DNA of 32,000 bases from Candidatus Dwaynesavagella gallinarum (GTDB lineage: Bacteria > Bacillota > Clostridia > Clostridiales > Clostridiaceae). Under the pieces are notes generated by a model. That model was not told where the DNA came from, searched no databases, and saw only the letters and a list, made by a program, of their open reading frames with translations. The stretch is taken from contig DWVN01000037.1 of NCBI GenBank assembly GCA_019120235.1, positions 800-32,799 on the forward strand. Direction: 5' to 3'. The position numbers were made by a program, and so were the translations under genes. Below, piece by piece: positions 1 to 8,323 of this stretch. Position 1 is the stretch's first letter; every line of letters starts with the position of its first letter.

Positions 1-348
1 TTTTATTGATGCGTTAACAACTTCTTCATCTATTTCAACCATTGTTATTGAGTTTATTGATTCATATCTACAAAGTTCACGAACAGTACCTCCATCTCCA
101 GCTCCTATAACTAATACATCTTTAATATTAGGATTACATGCCATTGGGACGTGAGTTATCATTTCGTGGTATATGAACTCATCTTTTTCTGTTACCATCA
201 TTATATCGTCTATTACTAGATAATTTCCAAATAAATCGTTATTATATACATCTATTGTTTGAAATTTACTTTGAGTATGAAATAAGTGTTTATCTACTTT
301 GTATGAAATTTTAACATTTTCATCATATTTTTCTGTAAACCAGTTCAT
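1..348 (-). CDS. speE: spermidine synthase (N-terminal part; gene runs off the left edge)
   Basis: Reverse-strand translation from ATG (346..348) gives MNWFTEKYDENVKISYKVDKHLFHTQSKFQTIDVYNNDLFGNYLVIDDIMMVTEKDEFIYHEMITHVPM...VLVIGAGDGGTVREL, typical of SpeE; SD TGGAGGACAA directly upstream; adjacent to speD. Confidence 0.93.
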   Translation of the reverse strand, partial: MNWFTEKYDENVKISYKVDKHLFHTQSKFQTIDVYNNDLFGNYLVIDDIMMVTEKDEFIYHEMITHVPMACNPNIKDVLVIGAGDGGTVRELCRYESINSITMVEIDEEVVNASIK

Positions 349-365
349 TATTGTCCTCCAGTATT

Positions 366-779
366 TTAATCGTTAGGTTTATGATAAATAGTTTTTATAT
401 CAAATTTTCCATGTTTTGCAATTTTTTGAGTAAGTCCTCTTGGAATTTCTGTTGATTCGCTAAGGTCAGCATCAAGTTTTTCTTCTAGATAATCAAACCC
501 AACCCAAGGGTCAATAGTTCCACAAGTAAATAGGTCAACAGCAGCGTAACCATATTCAGGCCATGTATGAATAGTTAAATGAGATTCAGATATAATAACA
601 GCACCGCTTACGCCGTAAGGGTTAAAATGATGAAAGCAACTTTCAACGATTGTCGCTCCCATTTTAATAGCAGCTTCTTTCATATGAGTTTCTATAAATT
701 TTGGATCTTTTAAAAGTTCACTGTTACAGTTATAGTATTCAACTAAAATATGACGACCTAATGCATTAATAGTATGCAC
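366..779 (-). CDS. speD: S-adenosylmethionine decarboxylase proenzyme (prokaryotic class)
   Basis: 137 aa, GTG start, SD GGGAGG; contains the pyruvoyl-forming ESHLTIHTWPEYGYAAVDLFTCG motif. Confidence 0.96.
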   Translation of the reverse strand: MHTINALGRHILVEYYNCNSELLKDPKFIETHMKEAAIKMGATIVESCFHHFNPYGVSGAVIISESHLTIHTWPEYGYAAVDLFTCGTIDPWVGFDYLEEKLDADLSESTEIPRGLTQKIAKHGKFDIKTIYHKPND

Positions 780-1098
780 TTCACACCCTCCCTTAAAACA
801 ATAAAAGTTTACTTAATAAATATATAAAGTTTAGTATAATTAAACTCTATAATACAAAAATTCAAGTCACTACAATATTTAACTAATTCTAATTAAATAT
901 AATAATGACTTGTGAAAATCAATTTGAAGTATAGTATATTAAACTTTGACTTGCAATATATCTGACTTAAAATATATAATAAATTTATTTCGTAGTCAAT
1001 ATAAAAAAATAAAGTATTTAAAATTAAAATTAATAAATTTATTTTTTAATATATAAATTTAAATTATTTTGTGTATTCCACATAAGGAGAAATTTATT

Positions 1099-1965
1099 AT
1101 GAGCGATAGAAATACAATTGCTTCTCATTGTGAATCTCATATTCCGGAAGGGGAAAGAAAATCTTTAGAAGAGATTGAAAATAGTATAATAAAAAAATAT
1201 AGAAAGAGGATTTGGACAAAATTTACTAAAGCAATAAATGAATATAATTTAGTTAATGATGGAGATAAAATTGGAATTGCTATTTCAGGTGGAAAAGATT
1301 CTCTTCTTCTTGCTAAATTATTTCAAGAGTTAAAAAGACATGGAAGAAATAATTTTGAACTTGAATTTATTGCAATGGATCCAGGATATCATAAACATAT
1401 ACGTAAATTATTGGAGGATAATTGTGCTCATTTGAATATACCTGTAAAAATATTTGAGTCAGATGTGTTTTTAGTTGTAGATAAAATTGCTAGAGAGTAT
1501 CCATGTTATATGTGTGCACGTATGAGGAGAGGTTTTTTGTATGCAAAAGCAAGAGAACTTGGATGTAATAAGTTAGCTTTAGGGCATCATTTTAATGATG
1601 TAATTGAGACAACACTTTTAAATGTTTTTTACTCAGGAAATTTTAAAACAATGCTTCCAAAGCTTAGATCAGATAATTTTGATAATATAGAGCTTATAAG
1701 ACCGATGTATTTTATAGAAGAGCAATCTATTATTACATTTATAAAAAATTCTGGTATATTAGCTTTAAATTGTGCTTGTATGGTTGCGGCGAAAAGAATT
1801 GGAAATAAAAGATATGAAATAAAAGATTTAATTTCTAGTATTAAGAAAAATTATAAACATGTAGATAAATCTATTTTTTCGGCGGCTCAAAATGTAAATA
1901 TGGATAGTATACTTGGTTGGGTAAAAGATGGAGAAAAAATTTCTTATTTAGATGAGTATGAATAA
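1099..1965 (+). CDS. ATP-binding protein of the TtcA/TilS PP-loop family (tRNA 2-thiolation-like)
   Basis: SGGKDS PP-loop, CYMCARMRRGFLYAKARELGCNKLALGHHFND; ATG at 1099 with SD AAGGAG is better than the TTG at 1069. Confidence 0.85.
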   Translation: MSDRNTIASHCESHIPEGERKSLEEIENSIIKKYRKRIWTKFTKAINEYNLVNDGDKIGIAISGGKDSLLLAKLFQELKRHGRNNFELEFIAMDPGYHKHIRKLLEDNCAHLNIPVKIFESDVFLVVDKIAREYPCYMCARMRRGFLYAKARELGCNKLALGHHFNDVIETTLLNVFYSGNFKTMLPKLRSDNFDNIELIRPMYFIEEQSIITFIKNSGILALNCACMVAAKRIGNKRYEIKDLISSIKKNYKHVDKSIFSAAQNVNMDSILGWVKDGEKISYLDEYE

Positions 1966-1973
1966 ACATTTTA

Positions 1974-2008
1974 AAAAAAGAGATGAATTTAAAATTCATC
2001 TCTTTTTT
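1974..2008. terminator. Bidirectional intrinsic terminator between the TtcA-like gene and the peroxiredoxin gene
   Basis: AAAAAAGAGATGAATT / AATTCATCTCTTTTTT near-perfect inverted repeat with A and T tracts between convergent genes. Confidence 0.85.
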
Positions 2009-2013
2009 GTTTT

Positions 2014-2547
2014 TTAGTTTAAGAAAGAATTTCCTTCTTTCCAGTTAGCAGGAACTAATTTTCCAGCTTTAGCTTGTTGAGCAGCTTTTAAAATATTAAC
2101 AACAGCGTCAACATCTCTACCAGCGCCTAGATCTGAAATAGATACATATCTTATGATAGATTCATCATCAATTATAAATATTCCTCTCTGAGCAGCTCCA
2201 AAATCTTCGATATAAACTCCGTAGTTTTTAGAAACTTCGTGAGTTAAGTCAGAAGCTAGTGGAAATTTTAATTCGCCAAGACCATTTTTAATCCAAGCTC
2301 CGTGAGTAAAGTGAGAGTCTATACTTACTCCTAAAACTTCAGCTCCACATTCTTTAATTTCATCGTACCTTTCACTGAAGGCTCTTATTTCAGTAGGTCA
2401 AACAAAAGTGAAGTCTAGTGGGTAGAAAAATAATACAAGCCATTTTCTAGAATAATCTTTTAAAGAAACAGTTAATTCTTTAGAACCGTCTCCTGATATT
2501 GCAGTCATTTTAAAATCAGGAGCTTTAAGTCCAACAATTCTTTCCAT
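2014..2547 (-). CDS. Peroxiredoxin (AhpC/Prx-like), 177 codons with one in-frame TGA at the catalytic Cys position; candidate selenoprotein
   Basis: Manual translation from ATG 2547: [49 protein letters not shown][TGA][130 protein letters not shown] is codon 50 (2398..2400). SD AGGAG upstream. No other interruption. Absent from the ORF track because standard translation splits it. Confidence 0.9.
2367..2397 (-). promoter_or_regulatory. Possible bacterial SECIS-like RNA hairpin immediately downstream of the in-frame UGA
   Basis: Two mutually exclusive foldings: ACUGAA(2394-2389)/UUCAGU(2379-2374) with an outer CCU/AGG; or GCCUU(2382-2378)/AAGGU(2371-2367) with loop CAGUGA, starting 20 nt after the UGA. 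Hand-folded only. Confidence 0.4.
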
Positions 2548-2680
2548 AAAAATATCTCCTTTAAATATAAATTTAAAAAGTTTAAGTACTTTAAGTACAA
2601 ATTGAATTTATCATAAGTGAAATAGATATTCAACTTTATATAAAAGATATTTATTAAAAACTTTATATATTTTTATAAAT

Positions 2681-2697
2681 TTTGTTAATTTAACAAA
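2681..2697. promoter_or_regulatory. Perfect 17-bp palindrome TTTGTTAA-T-TTAACAAA in the divergent prx/tetR intergenic region (possible operator)
   Basis: 8-nt arms around one central base, between divergently transcribed genes. Confidence 0.4.
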
Positions 2698-2936
2698 TTG
2701 TATAAATGTTAAGTGTATTAAAAGTTTTAAAAATTGGTAAAGTTATTTCTAAAACACTAAAATAATTATATAATAGTATAGTATTTGAGATTTATTTTTA
2801 CCAGATTGTAATTTAATATGTAGATTAAATTATGTTTTTTAATTTAATATTTATTAAGTTATAATTTTTTTGAGGTAAAGAAATTGAGGATAAATTCATT
2901 TTTTGAGAAAGGAGATAGCTATTTAAATTTGTAAAT

Positions 2937-3482
2937 TTGAATAGTTTCAAAATGTGGATGCCTAAATCGGTTTTGTGCGACAAAAAAGAAATTTATGAAA
3001 GAGTTAAAAGTTTATTTCTTGTAAATGGTTACTCGGGGGTTGATATAAAGACTATTGCTTATGAATGTAAAATGGCAGTAGGAACCTTTTATAATTACTA
3101 TGAAAATAAGGAAGAAATATTTTGTGAAATTATAAGTGATAGTTGGAATTTGTTTTTTGAAACACTGAAACGTAAGAAGGTGTTAGGTGAATTTATAGAA
3201 GAGATTTATTATTATATTAGGAACAATAAGGGATTTGGTTTAACATTTAAGAGTATACCAATTGAGAAAGCAAATAACGTAAATAATTTGTATGATAAAA
3301 TAGTAAATGATGTAGCAAGACATATTGTAAATTTTATAAACGATGATTATAAGAACATAGGAAGAAGAATAGCATTATCCTTGTTTATGTCAATAATACT
3401 TTTTACAAATTCTTATGAATTTAATGATAAGGATAATTTGGAGTTTATATATAATTTGTTTTTAAGTTACCAAAAAAAGTAA
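2937..3482 (+). CDS. TetR/AcrR-family transcriptional regulator
   Basis: N-terminal HTH: IYERVKSLFLVNGYSGVDIKTIAYECKMAVGTFYNYYENKEEIFCEI. Start could be TTG 2937 or ATG 2952/2958. Confidence 0.85.
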   Translation: MNSFKMWMPKSVLCDKKEIYERVKSLFLVNGYSGVDIKTIAYECKMAVGTFYNYYENKEEIFCEIISDSWNLFFETLKRKKVLGEFIEEIYYYIRNNKGFGLTFKSIPIEKANNVNNLYDKIVNDVARHIVNFINDDYKNIGRRIALSLFMSIILFTNSYEFNDKDNLEFIYNLFLSYQKK

Positions 3483-3510
3483 AAACAGGCATTATTTGGC
3501 CTGTTTTTTG
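3481..3510. terminator. Bidirectional terminator containing the stop codons of both convergent genes
   Basis: AAAAACAGGC-ATTATTTG-GCCTGTTTTTT. Confidence 0.85.
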
Positions 3511-4067
3511 TGTTTATATGAATATATAATGCAAAAGGAAAGTGTTCCTATGGTATTTGCTATAATATCTGACATTGTATCTAACAGACTATTATTTTGA
3601 GTATTTAATCCCAATAATTTATCTACGGAAAATTCGTAAATTTCCCAAAGTGTACCACAAGTTGTTGAGAAACAAAAAATTATAAAAATTATAAATAATA
3701 TTTGTGTTTTATTTATATCTAGATTTAATTTATTTATGAAGAATTTTATAAATGGTATGGATAAAACAGATGCTACAACTCCAAAGGATATGTGTAGGAG
3801 AAAATCAAATTCAGATATTAATCCATAAAAGTTTAAGGTTGTCCCTAAAAAAATTGATATAAAAATTTGAAATTGTAATATAGTTACTTCAAATGATGTG
3901 AAAGGAAGAGGAAGTACTCTAACAAAAAGTATGCTAAGTATTTCTGCAATTAAAAAAGATACTCCTCCATAATATAAATTTTTATTTGGAGTAAAAAAAG
4001 CTAAAATCAGAATTATAATTGATAGGGATAAATTTATTATCTCTGTTAATGTAAATTTTTTTACCAA
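3492..4067 (-). CDS. Multi-pass membrane protein, YjdF/DUF2238-like
   Basis: Several hydrophobic helices and a TTCGTLWEIYEFSVDKLLGLNTQNNSLLDTMSDIIANTIGTL segment resembling YjdF-type proteins. Confidence 0.6.
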   Translation of the reverse strand: MVKKFTLTEIINLSLSIIILILAFFTPNKNLYYGGVSFLIAEILSILFVRVLPLPFTSFEVTILQFQIFISIFLGTTLNFYGLISEFDFLLHISFGVVASVLSIPFIKFFINKLNLDINKTQILFIIFIIFCFSTTCGTLWEIYEFSVDKLLGLNTQNNSLLDTMSDIIANTIGTLSFCIIYSYKHKKQAK

Positions 4068-4175
4068 ATTGACCTCCTTTTAAAAGCTTTTTAAATAGGG
4101 AATATTAAAGAGTGTACACTAAAATATTTAAATATGCTATAGTAAAATAAAATATAAGGTTAAGGAAGGTTTTTT

Positions 4176-5825
4176 ATGGAAAGTGAATTTAAAACATCGA
4201 ATTTTATTCGTAATATTATTATTGATGATCTAAAGAATAAAAAACATGAAACTATAATAACAAGGTTTCCACCAGAACCTAATGGGTATTTACATATTGG
4301 TCATGCTAAATCTCTTGAAATAAATTTTTCTTTAGCTGAGGAGTTTGGAGGAAAAACAAATTTAAGATTTGATGATACAAATCCTTTAAAAGAAGATGTG
4401 GAATATGTTAATTCAATTGAGGAAGATGTAAAGTGGCTTGGATATAAGTGGGATAAGGTTATATTTGCATCTGATTATTTTGAAATTATGTATGAAAAGG
4501 CAATGCTTCTTATTAAAAAGGGATTAGCTTTTGTTTGTGATTTAACAGGAGAAGAAATTAAAAAGTTTAGGGGAAATCTTCAAGAACCTGGAGTTGAATC
4601 TCCTTATAGAAATAGAACAGTTGAAGAAAATATAGATTTATTTACTCGTATGAAAAATGGAGAGTTTAAAGATGGGGAAAAGGTATTAAGAGCAAAAATT
4701 GATATGTCTTCAAACAATATGAATATGAGAGATCCTGTTATTTATAGAATTTCTCACACTCCACACCATAACACAGGAGAAAAATGGTGCGTTTATCCAA
4801 TGTATGATTTTGCTCATCCATTAGAAGACGCAATAGAAGGAATTACTCATTCTATTTGTACTCTTGAGTTTGAGGATCATAGACCTCTTTATGATTGGTT
4901 TGTTCGTGAGTGTGAAATGGAAAATGTTCCGAGACAAATTGAGTTTGCGAGACTTAATTTAACAAATACTGTTATGAGTAAAAGAAAGCTTAAGGCTTTA
5001 GTTGATGAAAATATTGTAGATGGTTGGGATGATCCGCGTATGCCAACTATTGCTGGATTTAGGAGAAGAGGGTTTACACCAGAATCTATTAGAAATTTTT
5101 GCCGTGCTATTGGGGTTGCTAAAGCAAATAGTTTAGTTGATTATCAAATGCTTGAGCACTTTTTAAGAGAGGATTTAAATCCAAAATGTAAGAGAATTAT
5201 GGCAGTAATTGATCCTATAAAAGTTGTTATAACTAATTATGAAGAGGGAAAAGTTGAAGAGTTATTTATTGAAAATAATAAAGATGATGAATCTATGGGA
5301 ACTAGGAGAATAACTTTTTCAAAATATATTTATATAGATAGAGATGATTTTATGGAAAATCCACCTCCTAAATATTTTAGACTCTTTAAAGGAAATGAAG
5401 TAAGGCTTAAGGGAGCTTATTTTATAAAGTGTAATGAGGTTATAAAAGATGAAAATGGAAAAGTAATTGAGCTTCATTGTACTTATGATCCTGAAACTAA
5501 AAGTGGAAGTGGTTTTTCAGGAAGAAAGGTTAAAGGAACAATACATTTTGTTGATTCTTCTTCTTCAATACCTGCTCAGTTTAGATTATTTGAACCTCTT
5601 ATTTTAGATGGGAGCAGTGACTCTGATTTTCTTAAAAATATAAATGAGAATTCTTTAAGGATTTGTGAGGGATTTATAGAAGATAATGCTAAAGGAAGTA
5701 AGGGATTTGATAAATATCAAATATTTAGACATGGATATTTTTCAGTTGATCCTAAATATACAACCCAAGATAAATTAGTTTTTAATAGAATAGCATCTCT
5801 TAAGAGTTCTTTCAAATTAAAATAA
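4176..5825 (+). CDS. glnS: Glutaminyl-tRNA synthetase
   Basis: [69 protein letters not shown] class I signatures. Confidence 0.97.
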   Translation: MESEFKTSNFIRNIIIDDLKNKKHETIITRFPPEPNGYLHIGHAKSLEINFSLAEEFGGKTNLRFDDTNPLKEDVEYVNSIEEDVKWLGYKWDKVIFASDYFEIMYEKAMLLIKKGLAFVCDLTGEEIKKFRGNLQEPGVESPYRNRTVEENIDLFTRMKNGEFKDGEKVLRAKIDMSSNNMNMRDPVIYRISHTPHHNTGEKWCVYPMYDFAHPLEDAIEGITHSICTLEFEDHRPLYDWFVRECEMENVPRQIEFARLNLTNTVMSKRKLKALVDENIVDGWDDPRMPTIAGFRRRGFTPESIRNFCRAIGVAKANSLVDYQMLEHFLREDLNPKCKRIMAVIDPIKVVITNYEEGKVEELFIENNKDDESMGTRRITFSKYIYIDRDDFMENPPPKYFRLFKGNEVRLKGAYFIKCNEVIKDENGKVIELHCTYDPETKSGSGFSGRKVKGTIHFVDSSSSIPAQFRLFEPLILDGSSDSDFLKNINENSLRICEGFIEDNAKGSKGFDKYQIFRHGYFSVDPKYTTQDKLVFNRIASLKSSFKLK

Positions 5826-5919
5826 GTAAAATTTTATAAAAGTAGCTTTTATTTGGAAGTATAGTTTTTTTCAAAATGCAAAACATATATAAGATTAATT
5901 TCTTTTGTAGGTGGTTTGT

Positions 5920-8157
5920 TTGAAAAAAATTTTTAAGCTACTTTTATTTTTTTTGTGTACATTTTATCACGTATTGTTCTATTCTTATGAAGTTTTAACT
6001 AAAGAAATTAAGTATGAAATGAGAGGAGCAATTCTTAGTTTAGATGAATTTGATTTTTATTTAGATGAATTTGATTTAGTTAAATTTAAGAATTATATAA
6101 CAACTTCTTATGATGAATTTAAAAATAACGGTTTTAATACTGTATTTATTGATTTATCAAAATTTATTGATTTACATATCACTGAAAAATTTAACAATAG
6201 AGAAGAAAATATGTTAAATTTTATTGTTAAAGAAGGTTTAAAAAGATGTTTAGATATACATGCATCTTTTTTTGATTTTTCTTTAAAAAATATAGAAAAT
6301 GAAAATATAGAAGCGTATTTAACTGCTCTTCCAGAGAAATCATTTATAAAAAATAATAGAGAGTGGATTGTAAAATTTAATGATAAGTATTATTTAGATC
6401 CAGGGGTACATGAGGTTAGAGATTATTTTATTAATTTAATAGTGAATTTATCTAATAAGTTTAAGTTTGATGGTGTTTATTTAAATGATACTATTTATCC
6501 TGAAAATATTAATAGATATGTTTTTAATGATTCATACAGTTATGCTAAATACAATGAAGATAAACTTTCAAAAGATAGTTGGAGACGCCAAAATATAAAT
6601 GATTTTATGAAAATTTTAGGAGAAAAATTTAAAAGTTATAAAAATGAATTGAAGTTTGGAGTTGGTGTTAATTACATTTGGAGGACTATTCACAATGATT
6701 CAAATGGATTAAATTATGATGGATATTCTGATTATGATAGGGGTTCTTTTGATTCTTTAAATATAAGTAAAATGGGGTATGTTAATTATATTGTTGTTAA
6801 AATTGATGATAGTATAGTAGAAGAAGATAATATAAAAGATATTATTTCTTGGTGGGAAAAGAAACTTAGAATACATTTAGTTGATGTTTTTGTCCAAGGA
6901 AATAAAAATATTTTAAATATTTTAAATGAAGTTAGAGATAATTTTTTTATAAATGGGTTTGTACTTAAGGAATTTGAAAATAATAATGAAATTAAACATT
7001 TATTAAGTGAAAAAGCTTTGATTCCAAGGTTTAAATCTTTTGATAGTTATTATACTGCTACAAATGTTGAAGTTACTCCAAAGATTGTTGGAGAAAATAT
7101 AGAATTTAGTGTTTTAGATGAAGGGTTTGAAAATACAAAAAGTTTTGTTGTATATAAGTTTCCATATGATGATTTAAATTTTGAAAATGGAAAATACATA
7201 GAAGATATATTACCTAGTGGTGGTAAATTGACTAAGTTAAATGTTAAAAAAGATAATGGAGTTTATGCTGTTACAAAATTAAATTATAATTCTATTGAAA
7301 GCAAAATAGTTTCAGCATTTATTTTAAATGATGATTTTGGACTTATTGAAGAGAAATTTTTAGTTGATAAACCTAGAGTTGTTAATGATGAAATTCAATT
7401 TATTGTAAATTCATATAGTAAAAATAATGAGATTAAATTTTTGCTTGAAAGAGATGGAGAGTTTTTATTAGAAAGTGAATTTGGAAATGAAAATTTATAC
7501 TCCTTTATTCCAGAAAAAGAGGGAATTTATAAATTAAATGTGTTCATATCTAAAGATAAAGATAGAGAAAATATTTTAAAATCCTATTTAAATTTTGAGG
7601 TTAAAAATGAATATGTTGTTGTTTTAGATGCTGGACATGGTGGAGAAGAGCTTGGAGCTAAAAGTTTTGATGGAATTTTAGAGAAGGATATAAATTTATC
7701 TATATGTAACTATGTCAGTGAACTATTAGGAAATGTTGAAAAAGTTAAGGTTAAAAATACACGTGTAAATGATATAAAAATTGATTTAAGTGATAGAGTA
7801 AAATTATGCTCATTTTTAGGAGGAGATATATTTTTATCAATACATCAAAATGCTTTTGATAATGAAAAAGTTAATGGTATTGAAACGTATTATTATTTGA
7901 AGGAGAATTTTAGTAAAGAATTGTGTGAATTTATACAGAAAAATTTAATAAGTGAAACAAACGCTTTTGATAGAGGTATAAAAAATTCAAATTTTGTTGT
8001 TTTACGTGAGAATATAGTTCCTTCAACTCTTATAGAATGTGGATTTATAACCAACAATGAAGAACTTAAAAATCTTATTAATGAAGAGTATCAAAAAAAT
8101 ATTTCACAAGCAATATTTAAAAGTATAATTTCATTTTTAGATATAAAAGATATTTAG
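5920..8157 (+). CDS. Exported GHL10-like (glycoside-hydrolase-like) protein fused to N-acetylmuramoyl-L-alanine amidase (Amidase_3)
   Basis: N-terminal hydrophobic signal; N-terminal barrel-like region (MRGAILSLDEF...FNTVFIDL...FDGVYLND); C-terminal VVVLDAGHGGEELGAK...DIFLSIHQNAF...TLIECGFITNNEE. TTG at 5920 is closer to SD AGGTGG than the listed 5911 start. Confidence 0.85.
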   Translation: MKKIFKLLLFFLCTFYHVLFYSYEVLTKEIKYEMRGAILSLDEFDFYLDEFDLVKFKNYITTSYDEFKNNGFNTVFIDLSKFIDLHITEKFNNREENMLNFIVKEGLKRCLDIHASFFDFSLKNIENENIEAYLTALPEKSFIKNNREWIVKFNDKYYLDPGVHEVRDYFINLIVNLSNKFKFDGVYLNDTIYPENINRYVFNDSYSYAKYNEDKLSKDSWRRQNINDFMKILGEKFKSYKNELKFGVGVNYIWRTIHNDSNGLNYDGYSDYDRGSFDSLNISKMGYVNYIVVKIDDSIVEEDNIKDIISWWEKKLRIHLVDVFVQGNKNILNILNEVRDNFFINGFVLKEFENNNEIKHLLSEKALIPRFKSFDSYYTATNVEVTPKIVGENIEFSVLDEGFENTKSFVVYKFPYDDLNFENGKYIEDILPSGGKLTKLNVKKDNGVYAVTKLNYNSIESKIVSAFILNDDFGLIEEKFLVDKPRVVNDEIQFIVNSYSKNNEIKFLLERDGEFLLESEFGNENLYSFIPEKEGIYKLNVFISKDKDRENILKSYLNFEVKNEYVVVLDAGHGGEELGAKSFDGILEKDINLSICNYVSELLGNVEKVKVKNTRVNDIKIDLSDRVKLCSFLGGDIFLSIHQNAFDNEKVNGIETYYYLKENFSKELCEFIQKNLISETNAFDRGIKNSNFVVLRENIVPSTLIECGFITNNEELKNLINEEYQKNISQAIFKSIISFLDIKDI

Positions 8158-8186
8158 GAAGTGTTTGATAAAACACTTCCTTTTTA
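8156..8186 (+). terminator. Intrinsic terminator after the amidase gene
   Basis: AGGAAGTGTTT-GATA-AAACACTTCCT followed by a T run; begins at the gene's TAG stop. Confidence 0.9.
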
Positions 8187-8215
8187 TGTTAAAATTTGCG
8201 AAAATTTATTTAAAT

Positions 8216-8245
8216 TTGTCAAAAAATGAAATATTAAAATATACT
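8216..8245 (+). promoter_or_regulatory. Candidate sigma-A promoter for the P-loop/LexA-like gene
   Basis: TTGTCA - 18 nt - TATACT. Confidence 0.45.
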
Positions 8246-8323
8246 TTTTTATAAATATATATTATAATACTTATAAAATACTTAGAATAACAAAAGATGA
8301 TTAAAACTTGGAAGGGATGACAT

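Noticed and set aside
2398-2400. TGA read as tryptophan (alternative genetic code)
   Set aside because: TGG encodes Trp in many conserved positions and TGA terminates several genes in the window; the replaced residue is a universally conserved Cys, not Trp.
2681-2697. Bona fide Rex operator call for the palindrome
   Set aside because: Half-sites are similar but the spacer is 1 nt rather than the 4 nt I expect, so I report it only as an unknown operator candidate.
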